DNA of 64,000 bases from positions 11,194,948-11,258,947 of the forward strand of contig NC_092673.1 of the NCBI RefSeq assembly GCF_964355755.1, read 5' to 3'. The position numbers and the translations under genes are program-made. Shown here piece by piece: positions 24,955 to 37,600 of the stretch (position 1 is its first letter; the number at the start of each line of letters is the position of its first letter). A model generated the notes under the pieces. The model did not search any database, was not told where the DNA came from, and saw only the letters and a program-made list of their open reading frames with translations. The DNA is from Antedon mediterranea (lineage: Eukaryota; Animalia; Echinodermata).

Positions 24955-27900
24955 AATAATAATAATAAATGAAAACTTATATAGCGCCGGTATCCTCCAC
25001 CCATGTGGCGCTCATGGCGCTTTGTGCATTAACAACGTGCGAGAACATCAGCGAATAGCGACGTCTTTAGGTTGGTCTTGAAACTGTTTAGACTAGTTGA
25101 GCATTTAACTGTTGCTGGTAAGCTGTTCCATACACTTGCGGCCGCAACGTAAAAAGATCTCTGACCCCACTGATTTTTCGCTCTACGCTCTTGAAGAAGG
25201 TTTTGTGACAATGATCGTAGGCCTCTGCGGGATGATTCGTAACGATCCACAAGGTCAGATAAATAAGCAGGAGCACTGTTATTTAGGATCTTGAATACAA
25301 ACAACGCAAGTTTGTACTTAATACGTTGTTGAACAGGCAACCAATGCAAATCCATCAGGACAGGAGTTATGTGAGCGTTTGATTTTGTATAAGTTACAAT
25401 TCTAGCTGCCATATTTTGCAAGCGCTGCAAACGTTGTATTTGAGATTTTGGTATGCCAAACAACAAGGCATTACCAATGTCAATTTTAGAAGTGACAAAT
25501 GAGTGTACAATCAATTCAGCTGTTTTCTTGTTAAGATTACCGCGAATACGACCAAGGTTCCTAATCGATATGCATGCTGCTTTGGATACAGTTGTTATTT
25601 GTGCTTCCATAGTGAGATTACTATCCAGCATGATTCCCAGATTCCGGACCACCGATGAGGGAGCGATGTTAGAGTTTCCGATTCTGATATGTGTGATGTT
25701 GATTTTGGAGATGTTACATTTAGACCCGACGATAATAAACTCTGTCTTTCCATCATTCAACTTTAGGTAATTTGTTGTCATCCAATTGCGAACATCTTCT
25801 ATACAGGCTTCCATCTTACTGATTGCTGCAGCAACATCCCTTTGCACTGGATTTACTGACACATAAATCTGTGTATCATCTGCATAGAAATGGAAATGTA
25901 GACTGTGTTTGCGAATAATGTCACCAAGGGGAAGCGTATAAATGGAAAACTGGCCAGGCCCAATTACTGACCCCTGTGGTACACCATATTCCAGGCAAGC
26001 TTCATCTGAGAATGCATCATTGATACAGACTAGCTGACGTCTTCCTGTAAGATATGACTGGAACCAGTTAAGAGCAACACCATTTATGCCAATGCGATTT
26101 CTCAGACGGGTTATCAGTCTTTGGTGATCAACTGTATCAAACGCTGCTGACAAATCCAACAACACCAATAGCGTTATTTTCCCATCATTCATTCCTTGTA
26201 ACAAATCATTCTGTACCTTTAAAAGGGAACTCTCCGTGCTATGACATGCACGATATGCCGACTGGTAATTCTCATTTAAATTATGCTTTTGAAGATATGG
26301 AGTAATGCGTGATGTCACTACACGCTCCAGAGTCTTTCCAAGAAAAGAAAGATTCGACACCGGGCGGTAATTTTTCAGCGTGTTATGATCCAAGTTTTGC
26401 TTTTTTATTAAAGGACGAACGTGAGCAATTTTCAGTTCATCTGGCACTATGCCGGTATTAAGAGAATGGTTAATGATTTCCGTTATTATTGGAACGACTG
26501 CGTCTATACACTTCTTCAGTATAGAAGTAGGAACTGGATCTAACCTGCATGATTTTGTTGGTGATTTCATCAGAATGTTGCGGATCTCATCTTGAGATGC
26601 TGGTGTAAATGTTGTGAGATGCTGATGAACAGCTGTCACAGGCTCATTAAATGACATGTCATCAATCTTGAAGTCGTCTCTGATGATCTTGATCTTGTCT
26701 GTGAAAAACTGACAGAACCTGTTCGCAAGATCTAAGTCAGAAAGACTATCTGGGAGAGGTGATACCTGGCGATGATGAAGGAGTTGGTTAACAATTTTAA
26801 AAAGTCCTTTCTGATCTGCTGCATGTTCTTCACACAAGCCAATGTAGTAGTTGGCCTTTGCCTTTCTTACCATGGAATTTACATTCCTCTTCTGTGCAAT
26901 GTAAGCTTGACGATCTATTTCCAGATGAGAGATTCTCCATTTCTTTTCAAGCTTACGCTTTGTTCTTTTCTCAGCATAGATGTCACTGTTATACCAACTA
27001 GTGTTTGGTCGGACCTTTACTGTTCTCTTTTTCGGTGGTGCGTGTTTGTCAAGAAGTTCACTCAAAGTGGTGACATATAGTCGTACTTTACTTGATAAAT
27101 CAAGATTTGAGAGCGAAGTTCCGAGATCAGACTGTGTGATATCTTTACATAATGTCTCAAAATTTATAGCATTCCAATGACGAGTTTCGATGGATTTAGT
27201 GATTACGGGTGGCTTCTTGATAAGGAGATTACATGTGATTGCATAGTGATCTGATATACCATCAATGACATTAAGGTTTGAGAAAACAGGAGGATCAGAT
27301 GAACGAGTGATCAGCAAGTCTAATGTATGACCATGTCGGTGTGTAGGTGTAGACACATGCTGTTGAAGACTGCTTGCTACAAGTAGATTCCGAAAATGAA
27401 TTGCATCTGCATCATTTGGCATATCCACATGGATGTTAAAGTCTCCAACGAATAGTATGGGAGCCGGCTTCAATACATAGTGATCAACCAAAGTTGAGAA
27501 TTCTTCAGTGAAAGCATTTAGACTGCAACCCGTTGATTTGCTTTGAGGACGATATACTGCTACGAGGAAAACTGAGGATGCATTGCTGACTATTTCCACA
27601 TTTAGCAGTTCAAATGATTTTGGTAATAATCCCGTGTCATAACATTTAACCGCTATGCTTTCCTTGTAAAGAAGTGCAACTCCACCACCTCTTTTAGTAC
27701 CAGCACGGGGAGCATGTTTGAGAGAGTATCCGTTGGGTGTAATATTTCCTATAACTGATGTGTCTTCTGGTTTAAGCCACGTTTCCGAAAGGGCAACAAC
27801 ATCCAGATTATGTTCGATAACGAAATCCACAAATTCTGTTGTTTTGTTCCGAACGGATCTTGTATTAATACTGCAAAATTTAATATTGTTTTTAGATAAG

Positions 27901-28527
27901 AGAGAGTTTGATGATAAGTCCGGAAATGATAGATTGTTTTTAGTGTGTTTGTCACGCCCAGCTCTTGTACCACGCCTGGTTTTTCTTTTTGGCCTCCTTG
28001 GTAATAGGTGGATACTACAGCTACTGGAGTTCAACTTAAAAGATTGTATAATTAAGCACGATTCTTCAGGAAGTTCACAACTGTTATTGTTGTTGGTTAC
28101 ACAGCCCTGTAAACCATGAAGAAACTCAGAGCTATAGCTAATTAGCATGACAACAGCAGATCTTCAAGCATGAGGTGTACAAGGTCATTTACATAACAAT
28201 ATGCACAGTCAGATTGAAAGTACAGGGCTAGCTTCCCACTGATGCTAGCAGACCATTGTTCTTGGGCAGTGATGAGTTTGAATTAAAACAATAAAGGCAC
28301 AAGCAGGGCCTAGCTGAACTTCAGGAAACAACAAGAAAAACAACTGCGATTTACTCCAAGATACGATTATTTCCACATAAGAAATTTGTGAATATATGGT
28401 GCTCAATTTGCTATTCCAGCATCCAGTAAAACTTATTTGATGAAAAAAACCATCTGCAAACAGATACGAAGTTGTTATGCACAGAGCAATATAGAGCCGC
28501 CACATGGGCGCTGCAACACTCCTCCTC
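24955..28527 (-). mobile_element. Apparently full-length single-ORF L2-type LINE in a PTDSS1 intron
   Basis: Candidate 7-bp TSD caagtgt at 24948-24954 and 28528-28534. ~380-nt 5' UTR, intact ORF, and a short 3' UTR with gcgctatataa and a (TTA)n tail typical of L2. Confidence 0.9.
25029..28148 (-). CDS. LINE ORF: AP endonuclease + reverse transcriptase, 1039 aa, uninterrupted
   Basis: APE motifs INTRS, LSETWL, RGGGVALL, GDFNIH, HTLDLLI, SDH. RT motifs NYRPVSNL, QSAYR, LDLSAAFDTVDH, GVPQGSVIGP, YADDTQ. Confidence 0.95.
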   Translation of the reverse strand: MLISYSSEFLHGLQGCVTNNNNSCELPEESCLIIQSFKLNSSSCSIHLLPRRPKRKTRRGTRAGRDKHTKNNLSFPDLSSNSLLSKNNIKFCSINTRSVRNKTTEFVDFVIEHNLDVVALSETWLKPEDTSVIGNITPNGYSLKHAPRAGTKRGGGVALLYKESIAVKCYDTGLLPKSFELLNVEIVSNASSVFLVAVYRPQSKSTGCSLNAFTEEFSTLVDHYVLKPAPILFVGDFNIHVDMPNDADAIHFRNLLVASSLQQHVSTPTHRHGHTLDLLITRSSDPPVFSNLNVIDGISDHYAITCNLLIKKPPVITKSIETRHWNAINFETLCKDITQSDLGTSLSNLDLSSKVRLYVTTLSELLDKHAPPKKRTVKVRPNTSWYNSDIYAEKRTKRKLEKKWRISHLEIDRQAYIAQKRNVNSMVRKAKANYYIGLCEEHAADQKGLFKIVNQLLHHRQVSPLPDSLSDLDLANRFCQFFTDKIKIIRDDFKIDDMSFNEPVTAVHQHLTTFTPASQDEIRNILMKSPTKSCRLDPVPTSILKKCIDAVVPIITEIINHSLNTGIVPDELKIAHVRPLIKKQNLDHNTLKNYRPVSNLSFLGKTLERVVTSRITPYLQKHNLNENYQSAYRACHSTESSLLKVQNDLLQGMNDGKITLLVLLDLSAAFDTVDHQRLITRLRNRIGINGVALNWFQSYLTGRRQLVCINDAFSDEACLEYGVPQGSVIGPGQFSIYTLPLGDIIRKHSLHFHFYADDTQIYVSVNPVQRDVAAAISKMEACIEDVRNWMTTNYLKLNDGKTEFIIVGSKCNISKINITHIRIGNSNIAPSSVVRNLGIMLDSNLTMEAQITTVSKAACISIRNLGRIRGNLNKKTAELIVHSFVTSKIDIGNALLFGIPKSQIQRLQRLQNMAARIVTYTKSNAHITPVLMDLHWLPVQQRIKYKLALFVFKILNNSAPAYLSDLVDRYESSRRGLRSLSQNLLQERRAKNQWGQRSFYVAAASVWNSLPATVKCSTSLNSFKTNLKTSLFADVLARC

Positions 28528-28547
28528 CAAGTGTGTGAGAAATTAAA

Positions 28548-31500
28548 CAAACCAATAGTGGTGTTGGTAGTCTATAAGTGATAGCTTACCAGGATAAACC
28601 GACATAGGTTTTTTCCCTTCGATGGGAGAACATAACTCGAAAGGTACAAACAATTAAAACCAATTTTTAAACTCCCCTCCAAGACAGTGGTATCGGTCGT
28701 GTACCGCGCCCTCAGGTGGGAGATACCAACCATACATACCTCACCCTTCCAAGAGATGCTTGTCAAATGGGGAGGAGGGAGGGTTGTTTATCCAGGTAAG
28801 CTATCACTCTTCTTCTTCCATTAGGAGCAAACTTCATAGTTGAAGGCTACTGCTCCACTGGCTAAAGCTGTTGCAATTACACTTAATTAGCTGGAATGAA
28901 TACAGGTTCCAAACAATGTGGGAGTATTCAAGTGTATGCAAGGTTCTTTCAATTTTTTATTTCTAAAATTAATGTTTCTTTTCAGAAAGTTAAGAGTGTT
29001 GGTTGCCTACAGCATACAACATCAATTTGGGCATTTCATCTTAACTCATCAGTGATAGTAATGCCAAGATATTGAGTCTTCTTTACATTGGAGATTTTTT
29101 TTTTTTTATTGTGATTGAAATTACTTCACTCAGATCAGGATGGAACTGCATTATCCAGACATTGCTCAACTCCTCAAGTTTGTAAAGATATGATTGAAGG
29201 CTGTGGGTGTCATCATTTCCCACTATGGTGGAATATATCATTGTATCATCTGCAAGCAGACGGAGAGTTGAGTTAATTCTGTTATTGATGTCATTGATAT
29301 AAAATAAAACCAAACAGGGGCCTATAACACTGGTGCTTTCTTTGATGAGATACTGTACCATTAATCACAACTATCTGTTGACAATACTCGAGAAAACCTC
29401 TAATCCAGCTGTTTACCTTCACTTATATACTACCAACACCACTATTGGTTTGTGTAGTCTATTTTGTGGCTAGCTTACCTGGATAAACCGACATAGGCCA
29501 GAGTAGCACCGGACTAGGCAACTAGTCGGTGGTGGGCGGACAAAAACAAATAGTCACTGGTGCAATGTTTAGGTCTTGGAGGTAAAATGATATGAATGTC
29601 TTGTGTGTCCACCACCACGCTGCTTGCAGGAAGTCTGCTAGCGAGACATCTGAGAAAAGGTCCCATGACGCTGCCATGCCCCATACCTGATCCATGTGTG
29701 TGGGTGGAGGTGTCCGTGACGCCTTGTAGCCTGCCTGAATCGTGGTGACAATCCACCAAGCGATAGTGATCTTCGATACTGGTCTGTAGGGCAGTACAAT
29801 GATGCAGAACAGGTGAGAGATGTTTTCTCAAATGTTTGTCCTCCATGACAGATGAGGAGGCAGCAATGGTGGGGATAAATAACACGGCCGGTGGGTGCTT
29901 TAATGTCTTTGATTTAGGTAGAAAGGTTAAATAAAACACCCCATAGACACCCCCACGTTCGAACCTAATATCTAGTGATTAAGCGTGTTCATCTCGGTGT
30001 CTGCATGGTGCTGCAGCCACGAGGAACGCTGTTTTGAGGGTGAGATTATTAAGCGAGGCCTTCTGCTGAGGTTCAAACAGGACGCTGGTGAGCATAGACA
30101 TAACATTAATGTCTCAACGCGGGAGAAGAACCTACAATGCATCAATCGCAAGAGGTGCATGAGACTGCGAGAATTTCAGATTGTTGATCCGTCCGGAAGC
30201 ACCGGAAGGATGGTTGCAATGGCCGAACGGTAACCTGCAATGGCACAAGATTGGAGACCTGAATAGTACTGAAACGCACAGATCTTCCTCAGAGACGCTG
30301 ACAAGGGGTCAGTGTCGACGGTGCACGACCAAAACTACAAACATTAACTTGGCCGCCAGGCCAACCAGAATGCCAGATTCTCTGAAGCGATCCCTGATAA
30401 GGGCCATACAGTCAGGCACAGTGACCGCATGTTAGTGTGATGGTGTGTGCGATGCACCAATGAAGTAATGCCCACACGTGGCACAGAGTGTTGGTGAGCA
30501 TGTCGCCTTCTCGATTTATGTATGCCAACGGAGGTGCTGTCGGACCTGACAAAAATGTGATTTTTTTGCCATCGCTATGAGGGCCAATAGTGTTATGTGT
30601 TCTTGGGCCTCCTCGGGAGGCCGGAAGCGCTTTGCCTGACCTCCCCAGCCAATTTCTGAGGCATCAGTGGTAATGCGCACGTCCAGCGTAGACCTTATAA
30701 ACGTTTGGTCTGCAGAGAGTCTCTCGGTATTTAGCCACCATAATACCACCTGAATATGTGTCACCACAAACATTGTGATCGCGTCTGACGCGGGTCGATA
30801 GTACGCTAGAAGATGGAGCTGCAACGCTCTTATTCTGAGTCAGTCAAACACCATTGGAGCCGAACTCACGAGCAGAACAGCCAGTGCTGTTTGTGCCAAG
30901 ACCACCAGTGTTTCGGATGGGTGCGATACGCATGTGTTGAGATTGATCCGGGCTCCAAGGTATTGCAGGTACTCGTTGCGAGGATGACGAAATCTAAATC
31001 ACGCATTGAATCTCTGGACTGAGCTACAACTAACCATCATCCAGGTACATGTGCAACCGGATGCAGTGTCGATGAAGCTGCTAGCGTCTGACTGATACAG
31101 GTGAAGACCCAAGTTGTACTAAGCTCCAGCTGCAGCAAACGATAGGAGTCGTCATGCCCCCTTCGTACAAAGGTCGTGGAAGCGGCGTAGTATCTTTATA
31201 TGCATACTCTACTTCTTGATAGCGAAGGACCACAGAAACGACTCGGTTGACTAATGCCTGGAGACCCGTTGCTTCCGTGCTCTTGTCTACATCATATAAA
31301 CATCGTCTGTCTTTGTTTTCCTAGAAACTACTTGAAGGAAGGCCAGAGAAGAGCAAATGGAAGGATAATAATCGCCAGGGCCATGGTCTTGGTCATTGGG
31401 ATCGGAAGCAATGAAGTCTCTGTAGGAGGCGGCGAGGCAGACGCTTCTTCCCAATCTCAGCAGGATAAACACAGCTCATGGTGGTAGGACGCAAAAACAA

Positions 31501-31949
31501 CAAAACAAGCAAACACTCCAAGAAGACTTCCTCCGGAATGTCACACAGGTGGGCTCTCAGCTAGCGTACTACTGTAGTCTTTCCACAGAACAAGGAATAA
31601 TATTTTCTCTCGCTCTAATACTTAGCTTATCCCATTGTAAAGGTATTCTTGTTGAATAAACTTCGACTAGGAGGCACTTTAACAGTATAATAATCGATGA
31701 ATTATAATCCAGAATAGTGATAGAAGTTCTCTATAGAGTATAGTTCTCTCTCGTGCGGAGAAACGTGTCAACATCTCAAAAAGAAATGGTGAGGTATTTA
31801 TGGCCGTTGTTGCCCACCTGAGAACGCGGTACATGAACGATACCACTGTCTTGGAGAGAAGTATTTCAATTTTTTTTAATTTGTTGTACTTTTCGAAGAA
31901 GAAAGGTCTGTCGGTTTATCCAGGTAAGCTAGTCACGAAATAGACTACA
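28548..31949 (-). mobile_element. Degraded DIRS1-type tyrosine-recombinase retrotransposon with inverted LTRs and ICR
   Basis: 28575-28750 and 31780-31935 are inverted repeats. An ICR (~29419-29495 plus 28783-28808) is complementary to both termini. RNase H remnant ITTDASEIGWGG..EHITLLAL. YR C-terminal remnant GMAASWDLFSDVSLADFLQAAWWWTHKTFISFYLQD. Confidence 0.85.
28809..29418 (-). mobile_element. 5'-truncated LINE RT fragment inserted in the DIRS ICR
   Basis: SVIGPCLVLFYINDI..STLRLLADDT motifs, (GAA)n-like tail, and flanking tcact duplication at 28804-28808 and 29419-29423. Confidence 0.75.
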
Positions 31950-32128
31950 TTTTTATGCAATTACGATCAAGTTTAATTAACACAAAGGATCCAAATAATA
32001 GCAAACACAAACAGGGTGTTGCGTGAATACAGAAAATTGTTGGTCTTGAACTCAAGGTAACTTAAAAGTATAATACAAAGTCACTGATGTCCAATTCATT
32101 TTGACACAATTTTAACAATTTGACTTAC

Positions 32129-32228
32129 CAGAACAGCCAGCCATAATAATATATTATAGATTACAGTGTTAGCAAATATATGCACTCCAAATTTAAAACA
32201 CAATAGGGCCTCACTCAACGTTACAGCT
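32129..32228 (-). CDS. PTDSS1: Phosphatidylserine synthase 1 exon (AVTLSEALLCFKFGVHIFANTVIYNILLWLAVL)
   Basis: ttttag acceptor and gtaagt donor, 100 nt. Matches the human LEAIVCIKFG..LF...ILYVVLWL region. Confidence 0.92.
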
Positions 32229-32711
32229 CTAAAACAAAAAGAAAACAATGTACATGGTTTACCGCTTTAAAAAAAAAAAAATGCATGTGAGGCAAATAAA
32301 ACAAAACACTGCTGATTCTGTGTTAAGAAAATAATACGTTTTCCACACAGAACACGCATGTTCACTTACCAACCAACTGGTTTCTTTTATTGAACTACTA
32401 ACATCATTATATAAAATCATAATCGGTCTAAATAAAGGTAGCCTATGGCACAATTAATTAATTTAGAGGGTCCAGTTGCTTCAATTCATTCTTGCACTTT
32501 ATTTTCTAGATTTCAAACCAGTTTGGTCACTCGAAGCCTCCTTGTCAAAACATGTGCTGATAATCTTTACAACTTTTCCGAACTCGCTTCCAATTAAATC
32601 TATTATTCTAAATACAAAATTCAAACAGTAAACATTTGTTTTAATTATCGTCACCGCTTGACCGCCAAAGACAGACATTATAGTGGTTCTTTTTTTTGTA
32701 GAATCTAATTA

Positions 32712-33275
32712 TACCCCTTTCACACCAAAAGCAAAACTCCGGAGACACCCCGGAGTTGACGTCCCGCTGTTTGGTGTGAAAGGTAAAATCAAGCAACTCC
32801 GGAGTTTAAAACTGCGGGGTTGAACAGCTGAACATTCTCCGGAGAGCGAACTGCGGGGACACCCCGGTGTTTTGGTGTGAAAGGTACCAACATCAAACTC
32901 CGGAGTGTTTCGGGTCAAAAGGTTATCCTCACAATCAATTATTTATTTAGTTTTATTTTAAAACACTATAAATATTTGTAAAAAATATATAGCGGGTCTA
33001 GAAAATAATAAGTAGTATAAATAAAACATTATATTACTTCTGAGACTTTTGAAAGTAATTATTAAATTTAAAATATTATTAATTAAAATGATTCTAATGA
33101 TTGTCGCTATGTAAACAAACAAAAGAGAGGGCGACATTTACAATTTTATTTTATAAACCCCGGTGTTGCTAGGTTGGTGTGAAAGGGGTATCTCCGGAGT
33201 TTCTCGACGTTTTGAATGGTCATAAACCCCGGGGTGTCTCCGGAGACACTCCGGAGTTTGGGTGTGAAAGGGGTA
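32712..33275. mobile_element. PIF/Harbinger-type MITE, copy 1
   Basis: TIR tacccctttcacacc and 3-bp TSD tta. Near-identical to 52994-53535. Confidence 0.88.
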
Positions 33276-34129
33276 TTAGTTCATTGAGTTAATAATAGTT
33301 CAATGGGCCTCTGTTCTAAAACATTTTCTCTGGTGTGGCATGAGATCGTAATAATTTGAATAGATATCGTAATAGCATAAATAACAAATACATTTGGCTC
33401 TTTCTTTTACATACACATGTAACAAGTTCCAAAATGACAACTGGGATAGAGGCTTCCAATTCATTAGGATACATACAGATCTCTGCCAAATATTCACCAA
33501 ATGTCTGACACTACAGCCATGTTCACCGAATCCTTAGTGCATGACCATCGTGCTTTTAAATTTTATTCTGGAACATCTGTGGGTATTTCAACGATATCCA
33601 TTAAGATATGTGAAGTCAGATTTGGCTAAAGAAAGACATTAAAATTGGGCTATGATCTACATATGAACTACAATGGTTGGTCAGCAGATTTTCTGGCAGC
33701 TTTTATTGTAAACTTTTTTTTTATATGCTTTATGGAAACAGTTGCCTTATAGAAATCTGCGAAGGTTTAGAGCGATGCTTTCTCGGTGGCTTATAAAATT
33801 CTACTGTTTTCTCTTAAATGTGAGCTCTTCCTCATTATCTGCTGGGTTGAAAAGATACTGTGTATTCTGTGTGATCAGTTTGACCCTGTCATGCAGAACC
33901 TATCACTGAATTAATAATTACTTATTTTATAAATTTTCTAGTTTGAATCTTTCATGTTTGATTCATACACTTATTGTTTAAAATATTTAGTTCTGATTGC
34001 TTTAAAAAGGAATTTCATATTTGTTATCCCCTTCATCCAAGATGATCATGCATTTAAATTGACCCAGGTTCTTCAACAAAAACTTGTTATTGCAATGTAT
34101 CATTGAAAGATTAAAAAAAAAAAAATTCT

Positions 34130-34340
34130 CAATAATTACATTATAGGGGGAGGGGGGAGAGGTATCCCTTTTTTCGAGATTTCTCAAAAACAAAGTCTCC
34201 AATAAAAACTTCTCATTTTATTTATAGTAGTCTAGGTTTTCGAGAAATCTTAAAAACAGAGACCCCAACAACCTTAACATTAGCTCATATAGGGGTCTCT
34301 GTTTTCGAGACACCAACAAATTTTTCTCAATATTACATTA
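34130..34340. repeat. Degraded fragment of the GGGTGTCTCGAAAAC foldback family
   Basis: ggggtctctgttttcgagacacc and aaacagagacccc motifs as in 46330-48874. Confidence 0.55.
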
Positions 34341-34677
34341 TAAAGGTAATTTCAATAGTATAGCACATATGGCGTTTCATACATATAATACTTGGCCTAT
34401 TTACATGACAAAAATCGAAACGCAGACTAGTGAACAAAGTAAAAAAAGACAAATTCGTAAGTCTATAAAACTGTCTGTACTTAACCGATGTAACAGATAT
34501 GTTCTATTTAAATAATGTGAAAACAACATTTTGAGAAAATGACACTTATTGTACTTTTATGTATTTGGCCTCCCTACTAATAGCCTGACCGAACCCTCCC
34601 GTGATGAATTTCCGCATCTTCTGATGTTGCTATGAAGTGACGTCTTTCGGACTTACAAAATAATGTAATTTTCATAA

Positions 34678-37600
34678 TAGTCCGGTGGCAGGAGGGGGGA
34701 TATCACCACCCGAAAGGGACAAATTGCCATCCAACTTTTCTAGACCAGAATTTTCCGTAGATTACGAATATGGAAGGTAATCGATCAGGATAGGAAGCGT
34801 TTTCGAGATATAAGGGGTCAAAGTTCAAAATTGACCAATATAAAAACATGCTATATCTCTGGAAATTCTGGACGTAGTGAGATAATTTTGGTGTCAAATT
34901 GTTCACAATGTATATGTTTATATTAGCTCTAACAGAACTTTCTTTGAAAAATTGACCGGAAACCCCATTGTTAGCAATTTTGACCTTTGACCTCTTTTTG
35001 CTATATCCAAGTAACGGCAGGTCGGAGATAATTAAAAATAGGAGCAAATTGTTCCCAAGATATACATTTATATTCAGTATAACAGATGATATTGCTTGAA
35101 AATGACCGGAAGTGTGGTTATTAACCTTTGACATAATTGAATAAGGTTATAAAAGCATAAATTAATAAATATTTGTCGTAAGGAGCCAATTTTGGTGTCA
35201 AATTGTTCACAATATACATGTTTATACTTGCCATAATGCAACATTTTTTTCCAAAAAATGACTGAAACACCTATTTTTCTGTAATTTTAACCTTTGACCT
35301 GTTCTCATCTAAATAATGACATGGCATAGAGATTTCTAACGGCAAATTGTTTATAATAGATATTTTTAGTCAATCTAATAGATTATACTGTTTGAAAAAT
35401 ACAAGTGTGATTATTGCATTGAAATCCTGTACATAAGAGCCTATCAGGGCGGATTTAATTCAAAGAGGTGTGGAAGGGGAATAATACTATTACTATACAG
35501 TACAATGTCTTTCTTTTGAGCAATTTCAATCAGGTATCCATGTATCTCCAATAAACGGAATGTACGGCTCATAGAGAATTCAGAAGTTACCCTTGGTTCA
35601 TTTTGGCAAATCCATATGGGTTCCTTTTAAAAGGATTGAGGGTGCACAGACAGGCTTTTCCCATGGCTTAATATTGGAACCTACAGTTTTAGTTACCCGA
35701 TATATTTCTAACACAGTAACTTATGTAGCCAAATGCATTGATCCGATACAGGAGCCAAATGTAGAACTGAACATACAGTAGAGAACCACAGAAGGGTCTA
35801 AATAGATGACCTGCTGTTGTTTCATTTTAGGCAAAATCCAAATCGGTTCCTTAAGGATCGAGAGTGCACAGGCAGCTTTATTCCATGTGCCTGTCTATAT
35901 AAACCCACATTGTCACCCCCTATATTTCCATTATGAGGCTTAATGTCCATGGATGACCGGCCCTTGGGTTAATTTGGGCAAATCCATAAGTGTTCCTTAA
36001 GGATCGAGAGTGCAAGGCAGCTTTATTCCATGGGCCCCGCCTGTCTATCATGAACCCGCAGTGTCACCCGTTATATGTCCATTATGGGGCTTAATGTCCA
36101 TCCAGGGAGGACCGGCCTTTGGGGGTTAATTTGGGCAAATCCATAAGTGTTCCTTAAGGATCGAGAGTGCACAGGCAGCTTTATTCCATGTGCCTGTCTA
36201 TATAAACCCACAGTGTCACCCATTATATTTCCATTATGGGGCTTAATGTCCATACATGGAGGACCGGCCCTTAGGTTAATTTGGGCAAATCCATAAGTGT
36301 TCCTTAAGGATCGAGAGTGCACAGGCAGCTTTATTCCATGGTTCTGCCTGTCTATATAAACCCACAGTGTCACCCATTATATTTCCATTATGGGACTTAA
36401 TGTCCATGGAGGACCGGCCCTTGGGTTAATTTGGGCAAATCCATAAATTTTTCTTAAGGATCGAGAGTGCACAGCAGGCAGCTTAATTCATGGGCCACGC
36501 CTGTCTATATGAACTCACAGTGTCACCCCTTATATTTCCATTATGGAGCTTAATGTCCATCCATGGAGAACGACCGGCCCTTGGGTTACTTTGGGCAAAT
36601 CCATAAAATGTTCCTTATGGATGATCGAGGGTGCACACAGGGATATGAACTCACATTTTCACTCCACATACATTATTTCCAATATAGGGTCTCTTGTAGT
36701 AGCCCCACATAGAGAACCCCGAAAGGTCCATGAAGGATCGGCCCTTGGGTTCATTGGGGAAAATCCATAAATGTTATTTAAAGATTGAGGGTGCACATTT
36801 AGTTTTATTCCATAGTTCATCTATGAACTATTTACCCCATACTAATTGCTAATACAGGGCCTTTAGTAGAAGCACACCACATAGAGATCCCAGGGTCCTT
36901 AGAGGGTTCATTCGGGCAAATCCATATGGGTTATTTTAGAATCCTTTGTATACAGGAAACTCTTTCCTGTATGGACCAAACTATATCAAAAGTGTGGTCT
37001 GTCTGTGTAGTGAGTTGTGGATTGAGTTTGGCCACCTGGATCTGCCTATGCCCTATCCTGTACGAATTGGTATTCTCTGGTTCTGATGAATAGTTTATTT
37101 TCCAAAAACGAATATTGTAGCCCTAATAAATGCAACTGTATAGTGGCAAATCATTGAAGGTCAGCGCAACATTTTAACATCATAACTAAACATTTTAATC
37201 GTCATACTATTAAATATATTATTTATTTTACAGTATTATATTAATACATTAAAAATAATGCGCACTAGAAAAAATATAAAAATACCATAACTTCACTGAT
37301 CAAATAACGTGATTACATTTATGAACATCGATCTCATAGTTTGAATAACTTTGCATTATTTAGTATATCATTTGTTCAAATGTTGACCTTTGACCCATGT
37401 CAACTTGTGTAATGATAAATGTGCTCTTTTGATTGTGTATGATTGATAGATGTCTTAACAGAATGATAAAACATAACATTTTGTCTTAAATGTTAGTTTT
37501 TATTTGGTTTTAAATGCAAATTGTGTGATTGGTCAATATTGACATTTGACCTTTAATTGCAAAGTATTTGTTTTATAAGGCGACTGAATAACCCCATACA

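Noticed and set aside
25088-28119. Several antisense or alternate-frame ORFs within the LINE
   Set aside because: These are shadow ORFs of the RT coding sequence with no recognisable motifs.
32709-32918. Repeated ORF MT(R/Q)NTPEFDVGTF... (also 52817-53200)
   Set aside because: It lies within two copies of a non-coding Harbinger MITE.
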